From contig NC_092389.1 of NCBI RefSeq assembly GCF_030028105.1, positions 29,823,308 to 29,887,307 of the forward strand: DNA of 64,000 nt. The letters are read 5' to 3'. The notes under the pieces were generated by a model. The model saw nothing but the letters and a program-made list of their open reading frames with translations. It had not been told where the DNA came from and made no database searches. Made by a program: the position numbers and the translations under genes. The first letter of the stretch is position 1. Every line of letters starts with the position of its first letter. Source of the DNA: Mobula birostris. Lineage: Eukaryota. Of the stretch, positions 38,051 to 51,785 are shown in pieces.

Positions 38051-39027
38051 AAGATTGGTGGGGTATGGAGCTTGCTGCCTGACAGCTTAGTAGCAACAAA
38101 AACACTTGTGACAGTTAAGACATAGATGTGTGCTTGAAGGTCAGTGACCTGCAGGATTGTTGGCCTGGTGCTGGGATTAGACTGGATCTTTCATTGGGTA
38201 TGGACACAATGGACAGACAAGTCTCATCCTGTATGGTAACTTTTCTATGATCCTAAGTAAAGCTAGCTGATCTAGATGAGTCACCCTGACCTACTCTTCC
38301 CACATCTCCTGATCTTTTCATATAGTCCTAGATTTTAAGATACCTGTCAACTTTGCCTTGTAGATGGGATGGGTTCAGTTGATGGAATTATCAACTACTC
38401 TTTCCATCAGCTATTTACCTTTTCCTATATTCGTACATTTTTTTTCTCTCCAAGTATTTTTATATTTCTTATAACTACATAATCCATAAATTATCCCCAA
38501 AAGGAGGATGAGGATTTGTCCCAAGATATCTGCTGCGAGAGGATCTCTGGTAACTGAATATCTAAAATAAAAACGAAAATGCCAGAAGTGCTCAGCAGGT
38601 CAGGTCACATTTTTGAAAAGAGAAATGGTGAACATTTCAGATTGAAGACCTTTCATCAAACCTGACCACCTGGATATTTCCAGCATTTTCTGTTGTTTTA
38701 GAACTCTGGTCAATTTTATGAAAACTATTTTTCAGCCCTTGATTCTTTCAGGAGTTTGCAGTTGAGATGGAACGTGGTAGTGCTTTGTGTGCATTGGATA
38801 ACATGTGTTTTCCTGGGATTGTGTTGTTAATAATTGATAGTTTGAACAGCAAAAAAAATTGCAGATGATGAGAATCTAAAAATGAAGACATGAATTGCTG
38901 GAAATATTCAACAGGTCAGGCACCATTCAACAAGAGAAACAGTAAAGGTTTCAGGCTTATGACCTATTGGGCGTAAGTGATAAATTGCCTCAATTTGTTG
39001 ACCTTTGTCACTTCTGATCTGTGACAG

Positions 39028-39188
39028 GTACAGATGCCAAACAGTGCGGAGTGCCAGCCAGTGAAATGTGCATTGCTGATCAATGCGGCTGGAGCATGGT
39101 CAGGCAAAGTAGCAGGGATGGTCGGGATTGGTAGTGGACCTGAAGGCACCTTGGAGGGAACGAAACTTCCTGTTGAACCTAGAAAAAG
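39028..39188 (+). CDS. FOXRED1: FOXRED1 exon 8
   Basis: VQMPNS...[10 protein letters not shown]...LPVEPRK; 161 nt; AG/GT boundaries. Confidence 0.97.
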
Positions 39189-39780
39189 GTGAGCCAAAGA
39201 GGCAGCGATATGACAAAATAGAGAACTGGGGGATTGCATCATAAGCCACACAGAATCTGCAAAAAACAAAAAAAAAAATCAAGCTTTTTGTTTACAAAAC
39301 AAATTGCAAGATTGGAGTTGTTTGTGTACTTGGAGAGAAAAGGTTTAGAAATGTGGGCCAAGTTCAAGCAAATGAGACTTACTCAAGTAGGCAACTTGGT
39401 CACCGTGTCCATGTTGAGCTGAAGGGGCTGTTTCCATGCTGTACGACACTGACTGTACAGTGTTTGGCAGAGATTATCCCGCCGTGAATCTTGATATAAC
39501 CATGAAGCACAGAGAAAAGTTGCTTTAATAAGAAGTGGAATAAAGCCTGTGCTACCAGGAAGTAATTATTGGGCCATGAATGACATGTCTCAGTATAGGT
39601 AATCAAATTGTGTCATTGGGAATGTGCAATAATGAAGACTCATCCTGTTTTCACCTTGACTTCACTTCCCAGCAAGAGTTGACGGTCAGATCTCCCATAG
39701 CAACCACCATTGCTGGAATTTATTATTTGTGAGATTAAGACTTGTTCCAAGAGCTATTTTCTACCTTGCCCCTTCTCTAG

Positions 39781-39910
39781 ATATGTGTATGTATTCCACT
39801 GTCCAGATGGTCCCGGAGTGGATTGTCCATTATCTATTGACTACAGTGGGGTGTATTTCCGCCGAGAAGGCCTGGGTGGAAACTATGTGACAGGACTTTC
39901 GCCAGCTGAG
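39781..39910 (+). CDS. FOXRED1: FOXRED1 exon 9
   Basis: [12 protein letters not shown]...[21 protein letters not shown]; 130 nt; |gtaagc. Confidence 0.97.
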
Positions 39911-40513
39911 GTAAGCACAGCCAGGTCTTTGTGAGTTGTGTGTTTTGTGCATTGAGTAGACAACTAGTGTGGATATGCTGACTCTTCCTCACATGCCCAA
40001 AAACAATACTTTTTTTTTCTCTTGGTTTTCTTTCTTAGTTCCTCTTCACTCCAGCTTAGCTCTTATCTTCCCATGGTGGAGCATGACAATTCCACTCTGT
40101 GTTAAGTCTGAATTCTCTGCTGACATCAGGGACAAGTTGTTTGGTCCTGCAAGTCTGTGACATCTCCTAGGAAGAGCATGTTCCCCTCTCCTGCTTTGTA
40201 GACTGCCAGGTTTTTGCCTATTTGGCACTTCTGAAGTTGCTAAATAACTTAACTCCAGCTGAACAAACAGTTACCTGCACATGACACTGTTTGGCAATCC
40301 TTCGTTGCTGTCTAGCATACAAATAAAGGGTTCAGCAAAGGGTCATCAGCACCTTCTATCACTATCAGACAGATTATACATTTACGGTTAATATTTAAGG
40401 GCTAGATTGAAATCTAACTAGGATAGGTGAGATGAAGTTCTACCTTGTGCCAGCTGCAAAAGTTTAATGTAAAATTGACTTCGTTAGTCTCATTCCAGTG
40501 GCATTGTGTATCT

Positions 40514-41240
40514 TAAACACAAAATATTCTGCAGATGCTGGGATCAAAGGAACACTCACAACAAGCTGGAGGAACTCAGCAGGTCGGGCAGCATCCGTGG
40601 AAACGATCAGTCAATGTTTCGGGCTGGAACCCTTTGTCAGGACTGTAGAGGGAAGGGGCAGAGGCCCCATAAAGAAGGTGGGGGGAGGGTGGGAAGGAGA
40701 AGGCTGGTAGGTCCAGGTGAAAAACCAGTAAGGGGAAAGATAAAGGGGTGGGGGAGGGGATAAGCAGGAAAGGTGAAGAAGGAATAGGGGAAAACACAAT
40801 GGGTAGTAGAAGGAGGCAGAACCATGAGGGAGGTGGTAGGCAGCTGGGGGAGGGGCAGAGTGACATAGGGGTAGGGGGAGGGAGTTACCGGAATTTGGAG
40901 AATTCTATGTTCATACCAAGGGGCTAGAGACTACCTAGACAGTATATGAGGTATTGCTCCTCCAACCTGAGTTTAGCCTCATCATGGCAGTAGAGGAGGC
41001 CATGTATGGACATATCCAAATGGGAATGGGAAGCAGAGTTGAAGTGGGTGGCAACTGGGAGATCTTGTCTGTTGTGGTGGACGGAGTGGAGGTGCTCGAT
41101 GAAGCGGTCCCCCCACTTTCTTTATAGGGCCTCTGCCCCTTCCCTCTTCAGTCCTGATGAAGGGTTCCGGCCCAAAACGTTGACTGATCGTTTCCACGGA
41201 TGCTGTCCGACCTGCTGAGTTCCTCCAGCTTGTTGTGAGT
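40514..41240 (-). mobile_element. PLE 3' fragment with inverted pLTR (~135-bp inverted repeat)
   Basis: 16-bp TSD gtggcattgtgtatct (40498-40513 / 41241-41256); degenerate hammerheads on both strands; GIY-YIG tail remnant. Confidence 0.88.
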
Positions 41241-41384
41241 GTGGCATTGTGTATCTGATGTGTGAGTATTTGAGTTGGTACAGTAGGGAGATCTTTGTTC
41301 TGCACCTGACCTGTCCTGCAGTTTGGTTTGATGTTTGTGACAGGAACTTTTGCATTTTCAGTCCCTAATATTCACTATTTTTTT

Positions 41385-42005
41385 TAAGATTAGATTATGA
41401 GGACACGCAGTCCTGTTTTATTGTCATTTAGTAATGCATGCATTAAGAAATGATACAATTTTCCTCCAGAATGATATCACAGAAACACAAGACAAACCAA
41501 GACTTAAAAAAAACTGACAAAAACCACATAATTATAACATATAGTTACAACAGTGCAAAGCAATACCGTAATTTGATAAAGAACAGACCATGGGGCACGG
41601 TTTTAAAAAAAAAGTCTCATAGTCTCTCGAAAGTCTCATCATCTCACGCAGACAGTAGAAGGAAGTAAAAAAGCTCTCACTGCCATGAGCTTCCAGCGCC
41701 GCAAACTTGCCGATGCAGCACCCTGGAGGCACCCGACCACAGCCGACTCTTGAGTCCGTCTGAAAACTTCGAGCCTCCGACACCGAGCACCATCTCTGCC
41801 AAGTGCTTCGACCCTGGCAACAGGCAATAGGCAAAGCCGAGGATTTGGGGCCTTCCCCTCTGGAGATTCTCGATTGCACAGTAGCAGCGGCAACGAAGCA
41901 GGCATTTCAGAAGTTTCTCCAAATGTTCCTCCGTGCTTCTCACATCTGTCTCCATCAAATCAGGATTGTGCATGGCATCCTACTTACAAATACGATATCA
42001 TTTTT
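41385..42005 (-). mobile_element. Unclassified non-LTR/SINE-like repeat
   Basis: T-run and tail-like left end, CpG-rich body resembling the 18625-19350 element. Confidence 0.4.
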
Positions 42006-42123
42006 GCAATAACATTTACAATTAAAACAAGTTGACTATCCCTATCTCTGCATGTGGATGCTTTGCTGCATAGGCACACATCTCTCTCTCTCCCTTGGTA
42101 ACTCCAGTTCTTGGCTCTTGTAG

Positions 42124-42228
42124 GAAGAGGAGCCAGACTGCAGTGATCTGGAAGTGAGTTATGAATACTTCGATGAGGAGGTGTGGCCAAAACTGGCTCA
42201 GAGAGTGCCTGCCTTCGAGTCCCTGAAG
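42124..42228 (+). CDS. FOXRED1: FOXRED1 exon 10
   Basis: [35 protein letters not shown]; 105 nt; |gtaagt. Confidence 0.97.
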
Positions 42229-42628
42229 GTAAGTTGTCTGAACATCTTTAAAAAACATTGATGCATTTTTGTTTGTTTTCACATCAGCTCTGAAGCTGTC
42301 CTCAGTACCTTACACCATTGGTCATTAAATGTAGGGAGCCCACCCAATTGCTGATGCTTGGCTGGTAGTAGGAGGCATATCTATAAGCTGTCCTTTTCAC
42401 CACTTCTGCTACATTATGGAGGTCGAGCAATGATCTGGAAGATGACTCGAGCTATTTATTTCTCTTCTCTGGGGACTTTGACCTGCCTGGCCTGAATATC
42501 TCTTGTGTGGTGTTTCTTTTCTGCAATAACTGGATGAGTTGAAAAATGACTATCCTAATAATCTTTCCTTGAAGGACTTTCTGTAGAATTTCATACAGTA
42601 CCTCTCGAGGTCTCTGTAGGAATGAGTA

Positions 42629-43478
42629 CAGGTTGTGTACCCCTTATCCAAAATTCCAAAATCCAAAAACCTCTGAAATCCAAATTGATTTATTTATTTT
42701 TAAGCACTGACATGATGTCACAAATGGAAAATTTAACATGCGCTGGGAAGGTTCCCAGGCAATGCCTAGGTCTCTGCGCACCACAGACAGTTCTGAGAAG
42801 TGACCTCACATATATAATGAACAGAGTTAATGAAAAATAGAAAAACACTGCATAAAGTGAAAAATGAAAATCTCGATAGTGTATTATCAGTGTTGGAGTG
42901 AATATGTACCACTTAACAGTGTGCTGATCATGATACAAGCAAAGATCTACGATGATGATCTGAAAATTGAAAGTGGTTGTGAATACTTTGTAGGCTGGTT
43001 GCAGAAATTTAAGACGACACGGCATTAAATTTTTAAAGCGTCAGCTAATCATGAAAATCTAACACCAGAACAAGTCCACAATGCCGATTGTTTTTATACC
43101 TTACATAAAACCTGAAAAATTGTAAAATGCAAATACAGTGCTCTGTAACTTAATCAAAACACATCATCGTAGGTAGATACTGAAAGCCTGCCGTTTGTTT
43201 GTTCAACAGCTGATTCATGTATTCTCCCAGTGCTGCTGTGCTACTTTTTGTTACCCTGCACATATTATATTTTCATTATATTAATGTTATAATTTTACTG
43301 TTAAGTGCAGATGTGTGATGAACAAGTGAAAGACAAAGATTGCTTACTGGTCGCACATAAATTCAGTTGGAAATGATGCAATCCCAAGCTATCACACTAT
43401 ATATTCCAAAATCCGAAAAACTCCCAAATCTCGAACACCTCTGGCCCCAAGCATTTTGGGTAAGGAGTACTCAACCTG
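42629..43478 (+). mobile_element. Tigger/pogo (Tigger4/Zombi-like) DNA transposon derivative
   Basis: TA-CAGGTTG ... CAACCTG-TA termini with TA TSD; CENP-B-type GWLQKFKTRHGIKFLK remnant (~42993-43040). Confidence 0.85.
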
Positions 43479-44289
43479 TATTATTAGAATCATTTAGGCA
43501 TTCCCCCTAAAATCTTTTGGCAGGTTTTGGCAAGTTTAACATTGCATGTCCATTATTGTGGAAATTATTCAACAATTTTGGCAAGGAAACTATCTAGTTT
43601 TGTGAATTACCTACTATGTGGAAGATTTACTTTGTTAAATATTGGTCTTACTAAAGCAGTTGTTCATAGTCAGCTTCTCTGTGGCTTCTTGAAATTGTTG
43701 TTTATGCTTGATTACCAATTGCACTCAGAAGTAGTTTTGGCAAGAGACTGTTTGCTTTTTTAATGAGAAGGATATGTTTTCATAATGCCCTTTAACCTCT
43801 CCAACCCAGAATTGCCTTTTTCATATTAGTACTAAATTGTTTTAATTATTTTCTCTCCTTACTAAATCCATTTTTCTTCTCTTTCTGTATATGATTTCAC
43901 TTTCCATACCTATCTTCCTTAGCTTGCTGTGTAAACACATTAGCTAAGAAGATATTGGTAAATAGGTTTATTATTGTCATGTACCAAGGTACAGTGGAAA
44001 AACTTGCCTTCATACAGATCAATTCATTAAGACAGTGCATTGAGGTAGAGCAACGTAAATCAGTAACCATTGAGTGCAAAATAAAGTGTTAGATTTACAG
44101 AGAAAGTGCGGTCAGGTAGACAACAAGGTGTAATAATGAGAGAGATTGTGAGATTAAGAGTTCATCTTTTCATACTAGAGAACTGTTCAAAAGATTATAA
44201 GAGCGGGAGAGAAGCTGTCATTGAGCATGGTGGTACATGCTTTCAGGTTTCTGTATCATGTAGATGCTGGGGCCAAGGAAGCTCACTGA

Positions 44290-44657
44290 CATCTCTACTT
44301 CCTCAGGAGGCGAAAGAAATTTGGCATGTCCCCATTGACCCTTACCAATTTTTATTGATGCGTCATAGAAAGCATCCTATCTGAATTCATCACAGTTTGG
44401 TATGACAATTGACCTGCATGTGACTGCAAAACATTGCAGAGAGTTGTGCACACAGTTCAGCACATTAGTGCCCATGGAGGGGAGGCTTGTTTCTATCTGT
44501 ACTGTACTTCTCTCTGTCTCAGTAAAGCAGTCAGCATAATCGAAGACCCTACCAACCTTAGACATTCTCTCTTATCCCCTCTCCCATTGGGCAGAAGGTT
44601 TTTAAAAAAGCCCGAAAGCGCATTTCACCAGGCTCAAGGACAACTTCTACCCTGCTG
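44290..44657 (+). mobile_element. Rex1/Babar fragment
   Basis: LQRVVHTVQHI...IIEDPT...LSPLPLGRR. Confidence 0.65.
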
Positions 44658-45425
44658 TTATGGTCATGCACTTCGGTAGTAGAAATGAATGTGCAGACTA
44701 TTTTCTATTCCAAAAATCTGAGATGCAAAGGTACTTGGGAGTCCTTGTGCAGAACACCCTAAAGGTTAACTTGCAGGTTGAGTCGGTGGTGAGGAAGGTA
44801 AATGCCATGCTAGCATTCATTTCAAGAGGTCTAGAATACAAGAGCAAGGATGTGATGCTGAGGCTTTAAAAGGCACTGGTGAGGCCTCACTTTGAGCATC
44901 GTGAATAGTTTTCGGCCCCTCATCTTAGAAAAGATGTGCTGGCATTGGAAAGGTTTCACAAGGATGATTCTGGGAATGAAAGGGTTATCATACAGGGAAT
45001 GTTTGATGACCCTGGGTCTGTACTCACTGAAATTTAAATGAAGGATGAAGGGGGGATCTCATTGGAACCTTTTGAATGTTGAAAGGCCTAGCCAGAGTAG
45101 CTGTGGAAGAGATGTTTCCCATGGTGGGGGAGTCTAGGACAAGAGGGCATAGCCTCAGGATAGAGGGGCGACCATTTAAAACAGGGATGCAGAGAAGTTT
45201 CTTTAACCAGAGAGTGAATTTGTAGCATTTATTACCACAGGCAGCTGTGGAGGCTAGGGTGTTGGGTGTATTTAAGGCAGAGATTGATATGTTCTTGATT
45301 GGACACAGCATCAAAGGTTACAGGGAGAAGGCTGGGGGGGCGGGGGAAGGATGAGCAATCATTGAGTGGCAGAGCAGACTTGATGGGCCAATGGCCTAAT
45401 TCTGCTCCTATGTCTTGTGATCTTA
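44658..45425 (+). mobile_element. CR1 LINE 3' end (same subfamily as 16550-17440, more decayed)
   Basis: MVMHFGSRN...LGVLVQNTLKVNLQV; CR1 tail. Confidence 0.88.
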
Positions 45426-45474
45426 TCAAGTGGTTCCTTGGTACTACAAGATGAACCTTTGCCCTTGCAACCTA

Positions 45475-48400
45475 CAGTGGTGTTGGAAAGTTTGTGAACC
45501 CTGTAAAAACATATTTCTGTTTCTGCACAAGTATGACCTAAAATGTGATCAGATTTGCTTGCAAGTCCTAAAACTAGATAGAGAATCCAATTAAATAAAC
45601 AACACAAAAAAATCATATTTGTTCGTTTACTTAGAGAAATGATCCAATGTTGCATGTATTTGTTGGGGGAAAAAAACTGAACCTCTGGGGTAATGCCTTC
45701 TGCAAAAGCTATTTGGAGTCGGGTGTTCTAATCAATGTGATGAGATTGGAGATGTGGGTTGTATAGGTACCTGCCCTATTTAAAAAGAAATACACACAAA
45801 TTTAGGTTACTGACAGCCTGCTCTTCTGAAGAAAGATCTGTTTACATGCACCATGCCTCAATCAAAACAATTTTCAGAGGACCTTAGTAGAAAAATTGTA
45901 GTGATGCATGAAGCTGGAAAAAGCTACAAAAGCATTTCTAAAGACCTGTGTGTTCATTAGAGCACAGTAAGAGAAATTGTATCCAAATGGAGGAAACTCA
46001 GTACTGTTGCTACACTCCCCAGGAGTGAGCATCCTGCAAAGATCACACCAAAGACAGAATATGCAGTGCTGAAGGAGATGAAAAAGAATCCAAGGGTAAC
46101 AGCAAAAGACCTGCAGAAATCTCTAGAACTTGCTAAAGTTTCTGTTCATGTGTCCACTATAAGAAAAGTACTGAACAAGAATGATGTTCATGGAAGGACC
46201 CCCCGGAGGAAACCACTGCTGTCCAAAAAAAAGTTGCCGCCCATCTCACGTTTGCAAAAGACTACCTGGATGTTCCACAGCACTTCTGGGACAATGTTCT
46301 GTGGACAGATGAGACAAAAGTTGAACTTAGCAGAAATGCACGCTGCTACGTTAGGAGGGAAAAGAGTACTGCACAACAACCCGAAAACCTCATCCCAACT
46401 GTGAAGCATGATGGAAGGAGCATCATGGTTTGGGGCTGCTTTGCTGCCTCAGGGCCTCCAGTGGATGTGGTATATTTGGATTTTCAAAAGGCTTTTGACA
46501 AGGTCCCACACAGGAGATTAGTGTGCAAACTTAAAGCACACGGTATTGGGGGTAAGGTATTAATGTGGATGGAGAATTAGTTAGCAGACAGGAAGCAAAG
46601 AGTGGGAATAAACGGGACCTTTTCAGATTGGCAGGCGGTGACTAGTGGGGTACCGCAAGGCTCAGTGCTGGGACCCCAGTTGTTTACAATATATATTAAT
46701 GACTTGGATGAGGGAATTAAATGCAGCATCTCCAAGTTTGCCGATGACACGAAGCTGGGCGGCAGTGTTAACTGTGAGGAGGATGCTAAGAGGATGCAGG
46801 GTGACTTGGATAGGTTAGGTGAGTGGGCAAATTCATGGCAGATGAAATTTAATGTGGATAAATGTGAAGTTATCCACTTTGGTGGCAAAAACAGGAAAAC
46901 AGATTATTATCTGAATGGTGGCCGATTAGGAAAAGGGGAGGTGCAACGAGACCTGGGTGTCATTATACACCAGTCATTGAAAGTGGGCATGCAGGTACAG
47001 CAGGCGGTGAAAAAGGCGAATGGTCTGCTGGCATTTATAGCGAGAGGATTCGAGTACAGGAGCAGGGAGGTACTACTGCAGTTGTACAAGGCCTTGGTGA
47101 GACCACACCTGGAGTATTGTGTGCAGTTTTGGTTCCCTAATCTGAGGAAAGACATCCTTGCCATAGAGGGAGTACAAAGAAGGTTCACCAGATTGATTCC
47201 TGGGATGGCAGGACTTTCATATGATGAAAGACTGGATCAACTAGGCTTATACTCGTTGGAATTTAGAAGATTGAGGGGGGATCGGATTGAAACGTATAAA
47301 ATCCTAAAGGGATTGGACAGGCTAGATGCAGGAAGATTGTTCCCGATGTTGGGGAAGTCCAGAACGAGGGGTCACAGTTTGAGGATAAAGGGGAAGCCTT
47401 TTAGGACCGAGATTAGGAAAAATTTCTTCACACAGAGAGTGGTGAATGTGTGGAATTCTCTGCCACAGGAAACAGTTGAGGCCAGTTCATTGGCTATATT
47501 TAAGAGGGAGTTAGATATGGCCCTTGTGACTACGGGGATCAGGGGGTATGGAGGGAAGGCTGGTGCAGGGTTCTGAGTTGGATGATCAGCCATGATCGTA
47601 CTGAATGGCGGTGCAGGCTCGAAGGGCTGAATGGCCTACTCCTGCACCTATTTTCTATGTTTCTAAACAGCTTGCAATCATTGAGGGAACAATGAACTCA
47701 AAATTTGTATTAAGACATTTTACAGGAGAATGTTGGGGTAGCAGTCTGTCACCTTTAGCTTAATGCAACAGGACAGTGATCCAAAAGACAAGAGTAAATC
47801 AACAACAGAATGGTTTAAAAAGAAGAAAATTCATGTTTTGGGTTGGCAGAGTCAAAGTCCTGACCTTAATCTTATATAAGTGTTGTAGAAGGACCTGAAA
47901 CAAGCAGTTCATGTAAGGAATCCCACCAACATCCCAGGGTTGAAGCACTTTTGTAAGAAAGAATGGCCTAAAATTCCTCCAAACTGACATGTAGGACTGA
48001 TCAACAGTTACTGGAAATGCTTGGTTGAAGTTTCAAATGTACATTTAATGTCAGAGAAATGTATACAATATACATCCTGAAATGCTTTTTCTTTCCAAAC
48101 ATCCACGGAAGTTATTGCTGTACAGGGTGGGGGGGGGGGGGGTCACATCAGTTACTGAAAGCAAAGGTTCACATACTTTTTCCAACCAGCACGTAATATT
48201 TGATCATTTTTCTCAATAAATAAATGAACAAGTATAATGTTTTTTGTGTTATTTAATTGGCCCCTCTTTATCTAGTTCTAGGACTGCCATGAATACCTGA
48301 TCACATTTTAGGTATATTTATGCAGAAATAGAGAAAATTGTGCAGGGTGCACAAAATTTTCTAGCAACATTTTCTAGCAACAAACTTTCTTGTGACACTG
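45475..48400 (+). mobile_element. Tc1 (IR/DR, Sleeping Beauty-like) transposon, decayed, interrupted by CR1
   Basis: TA-CAGTG start; ~200-bp imperfect TIRs (45475-45690 vs ~48160-48400); transposase from ATG 45853 MPQSKQFSEDL.., NVLWTDETK and SPDLN remnants. Confidence 0.9.
46459..47665 (+). mobile_element. Young 5'-truncated CR1 LINE inserted in the Tc1 transposase
   Basis: 324-aa open ORF2 segment (SGVPQGSVLGP, KFADDTKL); tail ttctatgtttcta. Confidence 0.94.
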
Positions 48401-48871
48401 TCTACAACAAAAGTGCTGGAAATCCAGAGCAACACACAGAAGTCCACTTCTTCCTCCTTTCTAGTCCTGAAGGAGGGTCTTGGCCCGAAATGTCAACTGT
48501 TTATTCATTTCTGTAGATGATGCCTGACCATCCGAGTTCCTCTAGTGTTTTTGTGTGTTGCTTTTGTCCAGTATTCCTGTTTGGTACCTCCCTTTCTATG
48601 TAACCTCTTTCAGTCATATCAGAAGACATTCACATAATTCCAGCTTCCCATTACTCATTGTGTGTTTAGCCATCTTGTCTTGTCAGCTTTGAAACTGCCC
48701 ACCTCTTAATTTTGCTTTATTTCTTCTCTTCCGTAATAACCTTAAGACTTGATCAAATTTTTGCTTGCTCCTAACTAATGCTTCTGTGAGGCTGTATACG
48801 GTATATTTGCAGAAGGTCCTTGTGCAAAAGATGTTTTCTGTTGTTCTACTCTAATATCTTTCTCTTCTCAG

Positions 48872-49126
48872 TTGAAAACAGCCTGGGCAGGTTACTACGA
48901 TTATAACACCTTTGACCAGAATGCAGTCATTGGTATTCACCCACTGGTTACCAACATGTTTTTTGCCACCGGCTTCAGTGGCCACGGCCTTCAGCAGTCA
49001 CCAGCTGTGGGCAGAGCCATGGCTGAGCTCATCCTCGATGGAAGATTCAAAACGCTGGACCTTAGTGTATTTGACTTCATCCGATTCTACAGAGGTACCA
49101 AAGTACTGGAAAAAAATATAGTGTGA
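48872..49126 (+). CDS. FOXRED1: FOXRED1 exon 11 (terminal coding part)
   Basis: [17 protein letters not shown]...[25 protein letters not shown]...EKNIV*; 255 nt. Confidence 0.98.
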   Translation: MKTAWAGYYDYNTFDQNAVIGIHPLVTNMFFATGFSGHGLQQSPAVGRAMAELILDGRFKTLDLSVFDFIRFYRGTKVLEKNIV

Positions 49127-49327
49127 ATTTATAAAATTCAGCTCTGCTGTTGTCAGACTTCCTAAAAGATGCATTTTTCCCAATGAACTTGTTGAAAAAT
49201 CATAATTTGGTAAAGTGATAATGAATCTTTTGGAATATAGATACTCATGGTACAAAGAATTTCACAGGCTTTATTGTTTTACTAGCATAATCTTTCAGTG
49301 AGTGCCTGATCATCTCCAAGCTTATTT

Positions 49328-49354
49328 AATAAAAATTAAACCCAGGCCAATAAA
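49328..49354 (+). terminator. Candidate proximal FOXRED1 polyadenylation signals (AATAAA x2)
   Basis: AATAAA at 49328 and 49349, ~200 nt after the stop; another at 49503. Confidence 0.5.
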
Positions 49355-51765
49355 ATGGATTTTTAAACCCTAATTGCTTTAAAAAGGGATATCCACCATT
49401 TAGGGGAGGTTTTCCCTTTCTGTCAGTTGTATTCGCTACTTAAATCACTGAGTGAATACAGTTAAATTGTCCCTATTTTTTGCTTTTACACTTCAAACAT
49501 TTAATAAATGACAAAAAATGCTCAATGGATCAGGTAGCCATCTGTGGAGTGGGGAAGATGAGTGTATTCTGTAACATATCACGATGTTGGGTGGGCAAAT
49601 CAAATTTGATCAAAGAAATGCAAGGGTAAAGCAAGGCCAGGAAATAGAGTAAATCGTAAGTAACAGCAGCAGTGAGATCTTGTCTGCTGGCTCCTAAAGT
49701 TAGCGGGACAGGTGGATAATGTTTTTAACAAGATGTATTGGATACTTCACTGAAGAGAAAGTAGAGGGAAGATGTACAAGCATGTAGCCAGTGATAGAAA
49801 AGTTCTGTAATAAGGAATGTCTGTATAGTCTATTTTTTGTGGAACAGAAGATGAGATGTGAATAAAATTGTATAAAATTACGAGAAATATAGTGTGATTA
49901 GGAAGGAACTATCTCCTTAGCAGAGAAGCCAGTAACTAATGTTGTGGCTGCAGGAACGTGAGGTATCTGTCTTTATTAATGGGGTCTGCATACCCAGAAA
50001 CTGACTGAAGTTTGATATCCCAAAATGCCAAGAGAAAAAAGGCAAAGGTTCTATAAATGTGCAGGCTTTGAGAACAGACAGTTGGAGATGTGTGCTATGA
50101 TAGATTGTCTCTTTTCCCCTCTCCTTGTGATTCTTTTAAACTATCTGCAGTTCTATGCAAAAGTCTTGAGCACAGATATGTAGCCAGCATGCCTTCAGAC
50201 TTCTGCTAAGTACTATATTTGTCAATGTGGAGCAGACAGCCAGTTTGTAAATCTGGAAGGAGCAGAGGATATTGGAAATGGTGAGGGTGGAGCACCACAG
50301 GAGGGGTATGGGACAGGTGGCAGAGAAGGATGGCCTGAGGTGGGGGGAAGTGGCATGGGTGTAGACATACCCAGCCCTGAGACACCAGGCAAGGTTATTT
50401 GATTCCAAACAATTGGTTTATTGATCACTACAGAATGTCTCTCTGGTGCTTCCCACTCCTTCCCCTCTCCCTTCCCCTTTTCCAAACCAAGTTCCCCCTC
50501 ACACTACCCCTTTCCCACTCTCAGTCCACAATGGAGACCCATATCAGAATCAGGTTTATCATCACTCACATATGTCGTGAAATGCAAGGGAAGTTGAGTT
50601 TAAAAATCACTGGAAGAGCACTTCAGCTATCCATACAGTCACTGTTATAGAAACACTGCATGTCTGAAGGACTGATTTCTTTACCAATGGCATTTCATGC
50701 CAATTTGCAGTTAGTTTGTTCCAAGAAAGTAACACACAGTTTGCAGGATATGTATTTTTCCCAGTTGTAAATATGGAACATTATTGAACCTGTCTTTCCA
50801 CTTGTGAGGGAAAGTAAACCAGTAGTACCTATTGAATTTGTATTCAACCACCTGGAATGCAAGTCAAAGTTTTGGCACATTGTCAGTAAACTGACACATA
50901 GAGTAGATAGGGGTTAAAGTGAGTTGGTATTGTAGTGTCAGCTGTCACATTAAGGCTACTGTAACATCTCACCAAGTTTTATCACTGTAGGATAAGGAAT
51001 TCTGGGCTTTGTTACTTGGATTCCCTCATCAGAGCTTTAGCACAAGCAGTAGATATCCAATTGCAGGTGGTTAGTGAGAGATACCAGTCCTACACAGGGG
51101 AATTGAAGAACAAAGTTGAAAACTGGACTCCTCATTCTACAGTATTTTGAAAAGATAACACAAACACTTTAATCTACGGGCTGGAGACTGTTGATCTTAA
51201 CATCTAGTTGGCTGTCATGGTCATGAGAACCTACTGCCCTGTATGCTGCAGGGTTCTGTGATTCTGACAAATCATTGCAGACCTGATGAATGACAATGAA
51301 CCAAGTGACACTATCACAGAGCAGTTAGTTGATGGCTTCCGTCACAGAGAACGAGCTGCTTTCAGTTCCATATTAATTTAATCATTGGGAATTAATCTTA
51401 TGGGCCTGGTGCAGAAGTATGCTAGTCTTCAAAACTAGACGAGTGCCACAAGTTAACAAATAGACTGAAGTCTTTGCTCATTGCACAGTTGGATTATCAC
51501 CTTGCAATCAATGTTAAGGGGTTGGGGGAGAGGTGTTTTTTTTTTGCCTCTGGTTCAAGTCCTATATTGCTGTTTCCATATTATGTGGTTTATTACTGGG
51601 TGGAAGCAGCAATGTGGCTCAGTGGGGGAACACAGAAAGAAGTCTGAGAGATAAATAAACCCTTTTCCCCTTTGGACAAGCTGCACTTTCTCTCTTGGCA
51701 ATTAAGTATCACACAAGGAGCCAAATCCCTGTAAAGTGAAAATTCCCTTAAGGGCATTTGTACTC

Positions 51766-51785
51766 TAGGGTGCCATCTAGTGGCA
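51766..51785 (-). promoter_or_regulatory. Strong CTCF motif between FOXRED1 and TIRAP
   Basis: Minus strand reads TGCCACTAGATGGCACCC, matching CCASYAGRKGGCRS; no recognisable repeat around it. Confidence 0.6.

Larger units (their letters stand above)
9990..49126 (+). other. FOXRED1: FOXRED1 gene span (ATG to stop), 11 coding exons, 1500-nt CDS, 499 aa; FAD-dependent oxidoreductase and mitochondrial complex I assembly factor
   Basis: Exons of 124/221/111/119/95/102/77/161/130/105/255 nt splice in frame with GT-AG boundaries; GxGxxG, YFRREG and [10 protein letters not shown] motifs; synteny. Confidence 0.96.
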
